From: Octopus sinensis
Lineage: Eukaryota
Direction: 5' to 3'
Assembly (NCBI RefSeq): GCF_006345805.1
Contig: NC_042998.1
Location: forward strand, 170,562,001 to 170,626,000
DNA length: 64,000 nt
The position numbers were made by a program, and so were the translations under genes. The notes under the pieces were generated by a model. That model saw only the letters and a program-made list of their open reading frames with translations, was not told where the DNA came from and searched no databases. Numbering within the stretch: the first letter of the stretch is position 1; the number at the start of each line of letters is the position of its first letter. Below, in pieces: positions 48,723 through 63,570 of this stretch.

Positions 48723-50824
48723 CTGAGGTGGGCAGCATTAATCGAAAAGTTAACGTCATTAATTTGTTAATTCTTTGAAAATGTAACGGAAGTTAACATC
48801 AATTTCTATTGAAAAAAGGCATAACTACAGTTTAATACCCTACCAACTTTGTTGCCTCATAACTTTCAGAAAAATGGATACTTTTTAACAAAACTTTCAC
48901 CAAATAATCGCTTATATCCTATAGATTGAGTGTATGTAAGGATTTGTTGGAAAAATTTTCTGAGGGGTTGGGGAGAGGAGTTTCAGAAAATTCACAGGAC
49001 CCAACATTTTCCCATCATAACTTTCTGAAAAATAGGTATTTTTTAGTGAAATTTTATATAAATACCTTTCAAACAGTATAGATTATGATTACAAAGAAAT
49101 TTGTAGGCAAAATTTTTGAAGGGGAGAGGGTGGTCTGGAAAATGGAGTTTCAGACCAGATGGCCCACATAAGTTGGTATTTCTCCATTTTGACAGGGATT
49201 TCCTCCTATGTTTTTCATCAAAGTCTTCAGAATGATGGGAAGCAACTTTTCCCAAGAAAATTTTGAAAATTTTTTTTCACCCCCTCCACCCTCTCACTGC
49301 CCCAGTCTGAAATGGTTTTGGCCATTTTTTTTTCACTACGCACTTAAAACCCATGAGAGAAACATTTTTGGTTAATAAAAAATTGTTTATAATTTCAGAG
49401 GAAAATGTGTAATTTAAGGGAGATCAGGCTGTTGTTTCTAGGACATCCCAAAACCTCCCTCCTTGTTTCTTTCTCACTTATACATCTATTGATATTTTTC
49501 AATATTTTTCTCCCCATAAACAAATTTTATGGAATGATGATATCAAAGTAACACACGTGTAGTCCCAAACAAGCAAGGCTGTGTTATGTGTGTGTGTAAG
49601 AAAAAAAACACCTAAAAGCACCTTTAGTGTTCATATTAATTTGTCAAATGTAATACTTATTTGTTCATGTTATTTTTAATTATTCAGATTCATGAGGGGT
49701 GTCCACAATATTTGCTTGTAACTTTGTAAATTTCTTTACATACAGATTTGAAATTTCGTCAGTGGGTGCTTTATATACCACTGTTTATAGTTATATAATT
49801 TTAACTGATCTTGCCGAGTAAATTTGACTTTTAAGGGCAGGTAAATTTAATTAACAGGTGTAAAAGCATTAACATTATGGATAAGTACTAAGATTGAAAT
49901 TCTTAATGTTTGATTTGTTGCTAAAATTATCCCAGATGGTAACCAAAAAAAATTTTGTCACTTTTCAAGATGAAGTAAATTAATTTGAATTAATAAAAAT
50001 TCAGGCATAATTGGTAAAAGATTTTATTCTTTCGGTACATATTTCATACTTTGGTGCGGAATAATTTTTTTCCACAGTTTTTTTTCGGGTGCATTCAATG
50101 TATGTGACCTCCAAACTTGCCGCAAGCCACTTTTTTCCAGAAAAGAAAAGTGGGAGGGGTGGTGGGAACCTCAAAGTTTCCCACCAAGGGTGTTTTGTTC
50201 TGAAGGTTGTTTTGCTTGCTTTCAACGAATGTGACATTGAAATCATGCATAAACAGCTCCTTTTTCCAGAAAAGGAAAGACTTGGCTGCTATTTCTAGTA
50301 TGCCCTGCTAACACATAATGGCTATTTGTGTTCACATGGAAATATTTACCAACTTTTTCCCTTCCATTTATTTTTTCCACTTTATGGAAGTCAATATTTC
50401 CTCTATTGACATCCACCTCAGCAAGGTCATGGATCAGGTGGAAACACATTAATCACTGTTCCCTCTTGACAGGACAAAGAAATTTCCTGCTCTCTTTGTA
50501 AGCAACAAGCAGGTGGATTTGGTTTCAAATCCAGGCAGGGCCAAACAAGGTCCTACAAGTTATTTATGATAATAAGTGGCGTTATATTGGGGTTGAAAGA
50601 ATACAGTATTAAATATGCTAAGACAATCTGAAAACAATTGAAACTTTTAAACGTTTACTGGTTTTTATGAAATTTTTGGGTTAATGGACTTGAGTTAAAG
50701 GAAGCTAAATGTAATGGAAGTTAATTAGTCCGATAATGATTTTCAAAGTTAACTTAAAAGTTAAACTGCTAGTGAAAATGTTAACTTCATCAATTAACGA
50801 TTAACGGACTTATTCCCAGCTCTG
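48723..50824. mobile_element. hAT-type DNA transposon remnant
   Basis: 8-bp target duplication gtcatcag (48715-48722) / gccatcag (50825-50832) and imperfect TIRs ctgaggtggg / cccagctctg. It splits a contiguous RTE sequence. Minus ORF 50001-50246 weakly resembles a hAT dimerisation region. Confidence 0.7.
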
Positions 50825-51619
50825 GCCATCAGCATAGAGGAGCTCCCAGGGGCAGCCAGTCTTAAATTCCTCTGTTATTGCCTAGAGGACTATGATGAAC
50901 AAGAGAGGGCTGAGGACTGATCTTTGGTGAACCCCTATCTTACATCATACCCATATATATTTATAATACAGAACACCTACATCATATTTGTCACTAATAT
51001 CTTACATCATACCCATACATATTTATAATACAGAACACCTACAACATATTTACCACTAGTATCATAATTGTCTTGCATGTCTTATACTATATGCATCATC
51101 ATCATCATTTAACATCCACTTTCCCATAGTTAAATAGGTTAGATGAAATTTGTTGAAGCAGATTTTTCTGTTGCCAGATGCCCTTCCTGTCACCAGCCCT
51201 CACCTGTTTCTGAGCAAGATAATATTTCCCATAGCCAGACATTTTGCACAGAACACTGGAAATTAACAATATTGTTTGTAAGGTGGTAATGCTTCTTTAC
51301 AACTATCATTCAATATTATGGCCGCTCCCATCATTTCAACATATGAGTGTTTGAAGGGGAGATCTTAAAGTTAAAGAAAGTAATAGAAAGAAGGAAAGAA
51401 AAAAAACTAAGAAACTGCATCTATTTGCGATGGATGCATGAATGTAATTTCAGTCCAGGTATGGATTTTGCTATGAAGTTGCAATGGACACTGATGATTT
51501 TGATTTTGCCTGGAATTGGACAAGAGTGTCTGCTGATTGTGAGCTATAGTTCTTCTATTGTTGTTTTTCTTCAACTTAATTTGTTTGGATGCATCATGAT
51601 ACATTTTACATCATGCAGA

Positions 51620-53050
51620 TCAATCTAGGCAATGACTTTCCCAAGATCTCAAGTTAAGCTGTAGAGATCTTAGTGATTGCTTCAACTTATCCTTATACCT
51701 AAAGACAGGCCTTCCTTTGCCACGATACCCCTCCTCTTGTTGGGCATACAGAAGAATTTTTTGGAATGCTGTCATTTTCCAATCGAACAACATGTCCTAC
51801 CAATCTGCAGTGAATGCTCAGCAGCATCCTTTAGATACTAGAGATATCACATTTTTCTAAGATTTTGGCATTGGATATCTTATTTTACCATTTTATGTTA
51901 CATATGTCATGCAAACAGCACGTGGAAGGTTTCAAGTTTCTTTATATGTCTGTCAAAATACAAGATTTGTATATGCTTACTTTAGTTTTCAGACTGATAT
52001 CATGTTCATCCCACAAATGATGGGTAAATCTTCCAAAAGCACTTATAGCCTTAGCTATTCTAACATTGATTTCATCATTATTATACTTCCAAGATATTTA
52101 AATGACTTGACCCATTTCAGTGGCTTCTTGTTTATCATCACATTTGAGTCTTGAGTATGTCCTGCCCAGGCCATGGTTGGGATAAAACTTCAGTCATCTT
52201 GATGCTAATAGTCAGTCCAAATGCACAATCTGCTGCAGCAAACCTGTCAACCATTTCTTGAATTCCCTCAAATGTGTGAGAAATCAAAGCACAATCATCA
52301 GCAAACAGCAAGTTATGCAGGATCTCTTCCTTGGTCTTTTTCTTTGATCTGAAACTTTGCCCTTTCAGTTTTAATAGACCTCCTTTTGTGCAAAACTGGA
52401 ATTTTATACCTCTCATGGTAATCCCTGAAAGCATGTTGGAGCATCATTGAAAAGAATATGGAAAAAAATACAGGGGCTAAAACACATCTGCATTTGGTTC
52501 CAGTAGCAACAGAAAATGCCTCTGAACATTGACTGCTATATATCACTGTTGCCATCATTCCTTTATGCAAGGATACAATCACCTTTATCGTGTTATCAGA
52601 AAGTCCAGCTTTTGACAAAATTTTCCAGAGCACTTCACAATTCACTATATCAAAAGCCTTATTCAAGTTGACAAAGACCATGTACAAGTCAGTGTTTTCT
52701 TCATGTGCTTTCTCTTGAACTTGTCGAAGGCCAAATATCATGTCAACTGCCTCTCCCAGCCCGAAATCCACTTTGAGATTCAGGATATAAGCTATTTATT
52801 ACATGTTTATTGATGCAGTTAAAGATCATCCTTGCAAGAATTTTTCCAGCTATGTACAACAAGCTTATTTTCCTGTGATTATCACATTCACTCTTCTTCC
52901 CCCTTGTTTTTGTATTAGTGTGTTATAGATGCATCTTTGAATTGCTGGGAAACAGATTCAGTTTCCCAGATCAAACAGATCAATTTGTGCAGCTTACTTA
53001 CAAAATGTCTACTACCATGCTTGTATACCCCTATTGGAATATCACTTTGT
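51620..53050 (-). mobile_element. Decayed RTE-clade LINE
   Basis: Track ORFs 52313-52771 (DMIFGLRQVQEKAHE...FVNLNKAFDIV) and 52138-52434 (LLFADDCAL). Confidence 0.85.
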
Positions 53051-53295
53051 CCAGAAGCTTTACCATTCATTTAATATATAAACGAATAAAAGAATAATAA
53101 AACTGAATAACAAATAAATGGACAGGAGAATGCATGATAAATGAATGAATTTCCAGCCAGTGTTTGGAAATATCTTTAGAGTTGTGCTCTAGCAGTGTAC
53201 TTAATATTTGAAGTAATGTTATATTGCTATGATATATGAATACCATGAAATCTAAGTGAAGAAATATAGTGATACAACAAATAGTCATTCATTAA

Positions 53296-53515
53296 CCCTT
53301 TTGATACCAACCCGGCTGAAACCGGCTCTGGCTCTGAGTACAAAAGTCTTGTTTTCATAAGTTTTGAATTAAAATCTTCCATCAAACCTTAGCCACAATT
53401 TATGTTCCTAACACTATCTGAATGATAACTAAGTTATTTTACTAAACTCTTTGTTATATTTAAAGTAATTGAAAGAAACACAGAGCATCTCAAAATAAAT
53501 ACAGTAACGAAAGGG
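53296..53515. mobile_element. piggyBac-type MITE
   Basis: TTAA|ccctttt...gaaaggg|TTAA (53292-53295 and 53516-53519). Confidence 0.8.
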
Positions 53516-54719
53516 TTAACAGAGTTGAGTCTTACCACACTACTTCAATATGCTTACAGACATTTACAAACTACCATTAGCCATCCAGGCTGAGGCTAGC
53601 AAGAATGCCAGGCTCATTTCAGACTAGTTGGGCCTTGTCAATGTGTACTTGCAGCCAGCCACATGCCTAGACAAAATTTATCACCTCCAATATAGAAAAC
53701 AGTGAACGATAATACACTCACTAGTGTCTCAAATTGTTGTTGGATTGAATAATTTGCCTATCAGTGGTGCATATACAGTATGATACATAGATGGTTATTT
53801 TATTTCAATATTTCTTCAATTATATACGTTGAATCATATGCTAACATGAACTCAGGATTTGTTCAGTTCCCTCTGGTCATAATCAAATAGTTTTTTAACA
53901 AAATCATCCCTTTTTCTTTTTAATAAAATAGACTATATATTTTAGAAACTGAAATTATAAAATCAAAATGAAATGTGTGAATATTGTTTTCTTTCCAATT
54001 TAAATAATGGCTTTTCAAGAAAACTTTGTTTATTTTTATCTCAATGTATTCCTTCACTATAATTATAGCTTACATTATAATTCAAATATACTAACTTTTC
54101 TATTTTTCTGCTTTGAAATGAAATGGAAATTGATGGTTAAATTAATGAACTGAAATTATAGGTTTCTTAGGAATTAATGACATTTGAAGCTTTTAGTTTT
54201 AGAAATATCAATCGAAATTTGTATGGGATATTGAGTCAATTTTGGATATCAAGTTAGTTTAAATTTTAATTAGACTTAGATGACTAAAATGGACATATCT
54301 AAAATTAGACATATCTAATGATGTGTTCAGACATATCATTACTCATCACTTTACATTTGTTTGTAGGAAAAATGCACAGGTTCCAATAGAAAGCTAAGAA
54401 AAATACATGAAGACCTGCATGCTTATTATGAAAGGGAGCAATGGATAGTGTAATGGAAGGAGCTTTAGGTTTTATTAGTTAGAGAGGTGACCATCAGATA
54501 ATCACAACCCAACCCCACATTCTCCTTGGTTCTCCAAGCCCTGGATAATATTCCACTTGAACTTATTTTCAAGTGTCTCAAACTCAAGAAAGGAAAAGAG
54601 CTATTATGTACTGAAGAAGAGGTTCAGTGGGCTGAGAATGTGGATTTAGCATGGGGAGGGGTAAGTGTTATAATTCTCAGCAGCTGTTATACAGAAGAGC
54701 TGTATAGCAAAGCTGATAA

Positions 54720-56790
54720 GTAAGTAATTATAATAAATCAGAGACAGGTATGCTGTTATCTAAGAAATGGAGAAATAAGTAACTGAAGTAGTCAGCATAT
54801 GCAATAGGATAATTGAGCTGAGAATAGCTATAGACAACTCAACTGCAACATTTATCTCTGCATACACTTAACAGGAAGGATTAACAAAACAGAAAAACGG
54901 TTTCCATGAAACTGTTTTGTAGACTACCTGATGATAACTGACAGTGACTTCAATGGACATGTTATTCTCTTAATGCAGCTTCCATGGCATATATGGAAGT
55001 TATGGGTATAGTACAAGAAATGAAGAGAATGTAAAGCTCTCTGGTCTAACAATTTGCAAACATGCTTCAAGAAAGCAGCCAACCACCTCTTCGTCTACCA
55101 ATCTGGTGAACAATAAAATCAGATAGATTTCATTCTTACCAGGAAACAGGAAAGACAGGTCATTGTGGTACAAAATCTTTGCTTGTAAAGAATGCACTAT
55201 CCAACACAGATTATAGCTAGTGACTTTTGATCATAACTCAGTAGACACAAAGACAGGAGACGATGTGGAAAAGAAAAACATGTAAGCTAAAGAACCACAG
55301 TTGGGCATAGGTTTAAATATATTCTAATTCATATATGACTTTAAAAAGAAAGATTTAGATAGCTGTAGAATTGACAACAATTGGGAATTCCTATGAAATA
55401 ACCTGCTTAGGGCTACAGATCAGACATATAGCAGGTGCAAAGTCCTATTCAAATTCAATGTGACATAGTTGATAGGGTTGTAAAGGTTAAGAAACAAGCT
55501 TAGAAAAGCTAGAAGGAAGGTGGTAATAGAGAACATTAGCAAATATCTAGAAGGACAGCTGGGAAACAGTTCCACTTGGCTAAGAATGAAGCAGAAAGAA
55601 AGATTTGCGAATATCCTGCAATATTAGGTTCAAAGGTTTAAGGTATTTGGGATTGTTAGAGAGAGCTGAGATGTCACTGGAATAAAGTGTATTCAAAATG
55701 AAGGTATACTTACCATCACTATGAAACATAACAAAGTGGCATTGAAGTACTATTATGAGAAACTGTTGAACAAGGAAAATGCATGGAATAAAGAGTGGCT
55801 ACCTCATGCTGACCTGAGGTACCAACAATTCAAATTGGCGGCAGTGTGGTAGATAAAGTGATTATGGGCATGAAGGGAGGGAAGCTGCTGGTCTATCAGA
55901 GATAGTTGCAGAAATACTCAGAATATCTCATGAGGTAAGATACAGATAGTTAACCAAGTAATACAGGAAGGTATCATACCCAATGGCTGGCATAGCAGCA
56001 GCATCATAAACTGCTCCAAAAGCAAAGGAGATGCCTTAGAGAGAGGAAATTATAGAAAAATCAAACTACCGGATCAAATTATGAAAGTCATGGAGTGAGG
56101 CATAACACGATTAACAGTGTAAAAGTAGATGAGATGCAGTTTGGCTTTTTCTTGTAAGACGTACCATGGATGCAGTCTTACTAATGAGGCAACTTCAGGG
56201 AAAATGCATGGCTAAGAACAAACCATTATTCCTGGCATTCATTGACTTGGAGAAGGCATTTGACAGGATACCATGTTCAGTAATTTGATAGTCACTAAGG
56301 AAACTAGGTGTAGGTGAATGGCTTGTTAGGACTGCACTAATTATGTTCAAAGATAATCATCAGTATGAGAATCAATGATTTTAGTGACAAATTTAACATG
56401 AAGACAGGAGTTCATCAAAGCTCAGTCCTCTCCTATTCATCATAATACTGCAGGTCATAACAGGTGTTTAAGACTGTATGTCCATGGAAACTCCTATGTA
56501 CAGACAGTCTCGTTCTCATAGCTGAATCTATAGGGGAGTTAGAGAGTAAATTCCAGGTATGGAAGATAAACTTAGAATAGAGACATCTTCAGGTAAATAT
56601 AGCAAAGACTAAGGAGGAAAGAAGACAGAACCCTGGTATCTTCAAGAAAATAACTTTTCTTAATATGCTAAAAGGGAGTAGTTATAAACTTGATATGCTA
56701 TGCTCTGTGTAAGCTACAGGCATACAAGTGGTGGTGTGGAAATACAGGCAGGCTAACAGACAAAGTAAACTTTGTGATAGATGCACTGGA
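54720..56790 (+). mobile_element. Decayed RTE LINE with AP-endonuclease and RT remnants
   Basis: DFNGHV and GSYGYSTRNEE (~54945-55010), QIDFILTR (~55120), FIDLEKAFDRIP (~56235) and VHQSSVLS (~56410). Confidence 0.75.
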
Positions 56791-56999
56791 ACAATACATT
56801 CTATGAGCAGAACATTTATTCCAGTTGGCTATTAGCACTCATTTTGTACCTGTATAATATTTGCAAGGGATATCATCACTCCCATCTCTAGCCTTATGTG
56901 ATAATCACAGGCCTAGGTTTCTGTCCCCACTGTGAGTTAATCACTGGTGAGTGATGAAGGCTTTCTCCACTTGCAAATACTATAAATGTTTTTAAGCGA

Positions 57000-59560
57000 C
57001 ATACAGTCGCTGATCTCATAAAATGAAAGATAACTTGTTTTAAATCTCTGGGCAAGTAATATGTAGTAACAGTACTGAATAGTAAAGTTTATTTGCCAAC
57101 ATTGAGGGTAACTGGAAATTCCTGTGTGACAGCTTACTGAGTGCCACAGACCAAATCTGCTGCTGGTGCAAAGTCCCTTCCAGACCTAGGGTAATGTGGT
57201 GGTGGAATAATACTATAGACAAGGCCATTAGAGCAAAGAAACAGGCCTGGAAAACCTGGAAGAGTGGGGGTACCAGATAGGTATATATGGCCAAGGGAGA
57301 AGCAGAAAAGAAGTTTGCCAATGTTCAGTGACATGAGGACCAAAAAACTGAAGTATTTCAGATTGTAAGACAGTGTGTGAGAGGGAATTGGGATGTCATA
57401 GGAGAGAAATGTGTTCACATAGATGATGGTGCACTTGTACTTAATGATTCTGCAAAGAAACAGACTTGGAGATGCCATTATGAAAGACTGCATGTGGAGA
57501 ATGAATGGGAGGAGGAGAGCCTGCCAAATGTTGACCCAGTTGAGGGACCAGCTATCCAAATCAATAGCACCCTGGTAGATAAAGCAATTAAGGATATGAA
57601 ATCAGAGAAAACCCCCGGTCCATCAAGAATCACTGCTGAGATGCTTAAAATATCTGGTGGTGTGGGTTATAGTCTAGTCACCCATATTGTAAATCAGGTA
57701 ATTCACAAAGGAGTCATACCCACTGACTAGTGTAGCAGCAATATAGTCAACTGCTACAAAGGTAAAGGTGATGCTTTACATAGAAATAATTACAAGGGTA
57801 TCAAATTGCTGGATCAGGTGATGAAGGTCACAGAGAAGATCATAGCCCAACTAATTAGGAAGAGAGTTAGCCTAGATGAGATGCAGTTTGGTTTTGTGCC
57901 AGGTAGAAGCACCACTGATGCTATATATCTGGTAAGACAACTGCAGAAGAAATACCTAGCCAAAGATACTTGGCTTTTGTTGACTTGGAGAAAGCCTTGG
58001 ACAGGGTCCTCCGATCTCTAATCTGGTGAGCATTGCGGAAACTAGGGATAGATGAGTGGTTAGTAAGAGCTGTACAGAGATGCTGTCAATAAGGTGAGGG
58101 TCAGCAATGAGTATAGTAAAGAATTCCAGGTAGAAGTAGGGGTTCCCCAAAGATGAATCCCTAGCCCCCTCTTATTCATCATAGTCCTCCAGGCAATAAC
58201 AGAGGAATTCAAGACAGGTTGCCTCTGGAAGCTTCTCTATGCTGATGACCGTGCTCTCATAGCTGAATCACCCCCAAAACTAGAGATGAAATTGCAGGAG
58301 TGGAAGCAAGGTCTAGAATCAAAGGGCCTTAGAGTCAATGTAACAAAAACCAAAGTCTTAGTAAGTAGGAAGGCAGACAAATCACAAACCCCTTCAGGTA
58401 CAAATCACAAACCCCTGCTCAATCTGTAGAAAAGGTGTAGGTAGAAACTCCATATGATGTACACAGTGTAAGCTATGGACACATAAGAGGTATAGCAATA
58501 TCAAAAGAAAGTTAACTGGCATGATAGATTTTCTGTGCGGCAGATGCACAGGGACAAAAAACATAGAAGATGTTCAGAAAACAGATTGCGTCACATGCCA
58601 GAGGGAGAAACTAGAAGTAGTTGATAGCTTCAGCTACCTAATTGGCAAAGTCTGTAGTGGGAGAGCATTGCCACTTGAATAAGAATAGCCTGGGTAAAGT
58701 TCAGAAAGCTCCTGCCTCTACTGGTAACAAAGGGCCTGTTGCTCAGAGTGAAAGGTAGACTATATGATGCATGTGTGCATACTCCCAGGCTACACAGTAG
58801 TGAAACATGGGTCATGACTGTTGAGGACATGTATAGGCTTGAAAGAAATGAAGCTAGTATGATCCGCTGGATGTGTAATGTCAGTGTGCACACACGACAG
58901 AGTGTAAGCGCCCTGAGAGAAATGTTAGGCATAAGAAGCATTAGATGTTGTGTACAAGAGAGACAACTGTACTGGTATGGTCATGTGCTGTGTATGGATG
59001 AGGAGAGCTGTGTGAAGTGTCACGCCCTAACAGTGGGGCCCATGGAAGAGGGAGACCCAGGAAGACATGGGATGAGGTGGTGAAGCACGACCTTCGAATG
59101 TTGGGCCTCACAGAGGCAATGACAAGAAACCAAGACCTTTAGAGATATGCTGTGATTGAGAAGACCCGGCAAGTAAAGTGAGATCACAGCTGTAGCCAAT
59201 ACCAGTGTCACATAACCAGCCCATTTAAAAGTACCCTTGAATGACCGGGTGATGTGCTTTGCTTGAGAAGATCTATTGAGTCAAGTAAAATCAAAAATCA
59301 AAAGCAAATCAAGATCTAAATCAAAAGGGAAATTGTAGTTGTGGATGATGCCAGTGCCACCTGACAGGCACCCGTGCCGGTGGCATGTAATAAGCACAAT
59401 TCAAGCATGGGTCAATGCCAGTGCTGCCTGACTGGCTCTCGTGCTGGTGGCACATAAAAAGCATCATCTGAATATGGTGAATGCCATTCCCCCCATCCCC
59501 ACACCGACTGGCTCCTGTGCCGGTGGCACATAAAAAGCACCATCTGAACATGGTAGCTGT
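57000..59560 (+). mobile_element. Decayed RTE LINE (RT to 3' UTR, including pseudoknot-like repeats)
   Basis: Track ORFs 57377, 57806 (MQFGFVPGRSTTDAIYLVRQLQ) and 58739; LLYADD at ~58215; UTR units gtgccggtggca.gtaaaa.gca at 59370-59550. Confidence 0.9.
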
Positions 59561-60199
59561 AACTATCTGGCAGCAGTATATATGGACTCTGTAGGAGAAC
59601 AAGCAAAGGTTTGTCTTGCACAATCAATGTATCCTCAGATAATTTTTGTCATCCATTCCTCCCTTTATCCAACACTGTTCTTATGTTATGCACGAATTGA
59701 CAGACATGGTGGTGGATGTCTTCCATACTTAATCCTGTAGTTTCACTGGGTCTGTATGTCCAGTTTTGTTTTTAATAAACCACAATACACATTGTGCCTT
59801 TTCTTAAGGAGTAGTGATTTTTTTAGGTCTTTCATTTAACAGAACCTTTTCCATCAACGGAGTACCTGGAAAACATAAATGCAATGTGGTTTAAAACTTT
59901 CATAATCACTGAGTACATAGAACAAATCTGATAAACATATCCCATCAATTGCCTTTGTAATAATTTTTTGAAATTGTAAAGTGACTTTATGGACAGCCTT
60001 TATATGTGTGTGTGGTGTGTGTGTGTGTGTGTTTCTATGTGTGTGTGTGTGTAATGTTAGGTGTAGTGTACAGATATTGAATACACGCACACACACAAGC
60101 AGAGCACTTTATTAGTTTAAAATTTTAAATCCCACCTAATCAAGTTAACCTAAATTTACATTTAATTTTTAACAACTCTAACTTGACATCCTCCCGTAA

Positions 60200-60900
60200 G
60201 TAACATCTCTCAATCTATTAGTGTTTATATCATGGATAATAAGAGCATTCCTGACCTCTGCAATATGACTACAACTAGTATCCTTTTATTTTGTAATATA
60301 ATCCACCACCACCACTATGCTAGATAGCAACAACCAACATAACTGTCTTAGACTGACCATGTCCATAAAAAACCCATATCAAATTTCGGCACAATGGCTG
60401 GAGAATATCTAACCTTTATACAAGCCGGTAATAGGTGCTTATCTGACTACAAACACTAAGGTTTTAGGACTGTCCCTCTTCCAAATTTGGTAATACAATG
60501 CCGCTACATCTAGTAAGTGACTTTTATACCATCTCCTTACCTACTTTCACTTCTTTGTAGCTTGTCTACCTCAGTTCTTTATTCTACTTGCATATTTCCA
60601 CCTTTTCCTCCTACCTTCCCCATGTAATAGCCATTCCTTCAGTGCTCTGCTTGTTATAACCAGAAATGGCTCTGACAAAAGTAGCATTAATTTTCTTAGG
60701 TTGTTCCCCAATTGATCAATAGACCAATTGAGTAAACTTATCAGTAATGTACCTATAATGACTACTGGAAACAGTTGTAAGCCAAATTTGCTCCAATAAA
60801 TGAAAAATATGTAATGACTATTATTTTTAACTTGTTTCTTATTTATCACTCTCTGTAAAAACCAATTTGTCTGGAACCCATCCACAGATTTACAATATAG
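60200..60900 (-). mobile_element. Possible very old non-LTR retrotransposon remnant
   Basis: Only weak AP-endonuclease-like phrases (YQIWKRD; LIIHDIN) are visible across many stops. Confidence 0.25.
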
Positions 60901-61034
60901 AATTGTGACGGACCTTAACCTTGGACCCTACCACAAGATTACCGGGAGTTCTTCACTAATCTAAGTAATATTGTTGGCCTGGTGTGCCAACAGAGAGCTT
61001 ATGAAGTATTTTACCCGGATTGATAATCCCTCAC

Positions 61035-61076
<42 letters not shown>

Positions 61077-63295
61077 CCCACCCACATACACACACATACA
61101 TTTATATACACAATGCAGCACCTCACCTAAATTTCTCCTCAAGCCATCCCCACCACCCAAATCTTTTTATAACTGACCGCTCTAACACCTGCCTAACTAC
61201 AGTATTCTGCTGTTGTAATAAAATATAAGCAGAACTATATATTTCATCATCTTTTTCTCTGATACTGGTTATCTTTCTCACTACCTGGAACCATTTCACT
61301 AGAAACTCATCCTTCATTCTTAACACTGTCTCTTCCTACTCACATTTTACATTGATCACCCTTCTCTACTATTAAATTATCTTTCCTTCACCACCCAGCA
61401 TCTCTCACTCTCCCCATACACTATGTCTGCTTCTCCCCTCACTCCAACCTATCCACACGGCATCTCTCTTTCATTCTTCTCCTGCATCATTATTACTATT
61501 CTGCTGATCTTTGCCCCATTCTGTACTGCAGGTCATCACTTTACTTTCCCCAACTCATATATATCATCAATCACCCCCTCCACGTTTGCCCACCATTCAC
61601 TACATCCTCCCTAGTCTCCACAGTCATCATTCACTCTTCCATTCAACATATATCTATCATACTTCAACACTTGTTCTTCACTCATTATATTCATCTCCTC
61701 ACACATTTCCCATCTGTAACCATCCTTCACTCTCATCATACACTCTTACAACCTCTGTTCACCTACACTCCTTATTCTTCTGTCTCATTCATACTCACCT
61801 TGTACTTTCAAGGTCCTCCCTTACATCTAATCACCACTATCTTATCTCTCTTCCAACTCCAACATGGTTGCTCTCATCTTTTCTTCTATAATGTGAGTAG
61901 CCATTTTGCTCCTCTACAGCAAGAAACCTGTTCTGACTCTTTCTGTCATAATTTAACCCTACATGTCCTAGCATGAAGTTTCTTCCCTTTCAATTGAAGT
62001 GGATCTTAGGTTTGCAAGCTGCATGGTAACCTCTCTAGTGCTGGTGCCACAAAAAGTACTCAGTACACTCTGTAAAGTGGCTGACATCAGGAAGGGTAAA
62101 CAACCATAGACACATTGTTAAAGCAGGCATCAGAGCACAATGCAGTCCTCAAACTTGGTGAAGCCTGTCACACCATACAACCTATGCCAGTTTGGAAGAT
62201 GGACAATAAAATATGATGATGATATATTGATATACTCATTGCATAAGTTGAATGATCATTACAAATAGTTTCCTACCATAAGTATTTCACTTTGCAATTG
62301 ATGAAAAACATAATGTGAATCCCAAATGGTGGACAGAATCCATTGGTGCATACCCAGCTATGCATGAATTAATGTGAAAGACAAAACTCATTTAGTGAAC
62401 CAGGCTGTGTCCCTTGATTTAGCATTAGTACTTATGTGGAAACTAGCTAGTAAACAGAAAAAATTGCAAATCAAACAAAAGAATGACTAAGGCACAAGAA
62501 AGACACTTGTGGAATTAGTTAGCGGCATATAAGGGATGACAATGAATAATAGAAGGGGTAGATTCTGAAGTTCAGCTTTGTAGTGGTAGACACCCAGTAC
62601 TCTATTTTCCTATCAACCATTTCTATTCCCATCCATCACTCATTGTCTTATGCAAAAAACTATGTAACTTCCATCAGTATCTCTCTTCCATTACTCCTTT
62701 TTCTCACCCTAGTCACTGTTTCTCATATATACTTTTCCTCCCACTCATCTTGATCCTTATGTTATCAGTCCCTCTCAATATATACTCCTTTTTGGTCTAT
62801 TTGTCTTGCTCACAATATAGAACAGTGAAGACTCTTTTAACCATGCAGGGTACACTGCAACCTCACAAGTTAGATAAAATGCACCAAATACACTCTTATG
62901 CATTTGGCAAATGAGCAAAGAAAATCAAGAGACAAGAGGACCAAACAACTTCTCTAGAACTGATGCTATGATTAAAATGCACCCAGCACACTCTGTAAAG
63001 TAGTTGCTAATACAATATGAAGAGCATTCAGCCATAAAAAAACATACCAAAAAGGAAATGTATGAGCTAGACCTTGTTCTATGATCTGTTTAGGAAGGTA
63101 ATAATTCCAAATAAAATTGACTTCAACCATGACAACCTGGTCATTCTATGCCAACACAAAGTAAGTGTTAAATAATGGTAATGATAATTTTATACATATA
63201 TATATATGTATATATATTGATAGAAATGGTAAGACAACAAAAGAATGAAAGAGACCTCGATATTATCAAAGTAGAGGAATTTATCTGTAAATATA

Positions 63296-63545
63296 ATCAT
63301 CATCATCATCGTTTAGCGTCCGCTTTCCATGCTGGCATGGGTTGGACGGTTCAACTGGGGTCTGGGAAGCCAGAAGGCTGCACCAGGCCCAGTCTGATCT
63401 GGCAATGTTTCTATGGCTGGATGCCCTTCCTAATGCCAACCACTCCATGAGTGTAGTGGGTGCTTTTTATGTGCCACCGGCACAGGTGCCAGACAAGGTT
63501 TGCAAACAACCATGATCGGATGGTGCTTTTTACGTGCCACCAGCA
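63296..63545 (-). mobile_element. RTE 3'-UTR/SINE fragment with (CAT)n tail
   Basis: catcatcatcgtttagcgtccgctttccatgctggcatgggttggacgg...; same family as 1-480. Confidence 0.85.
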
Positions 63546-63570
63546 TATGTGACAATTATTCAGTAGCCAT

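Noticed and set aside
50937-51060. 62-bp tandem duplication
   Set aside because: Two-copy local slippage with no further structure.
54367-54453. Possible IAP exon after tttgtag
   Set aside because: The required phase-1 frame stops after six codons and the other frame is not IAP-like.
59639-59700. Possible UBA continuation exon starting (G)DNF
   Set aside because: Weak acceptor; the frame stops after 20 codons with no donor and no UBA-like residues beyond DNF.
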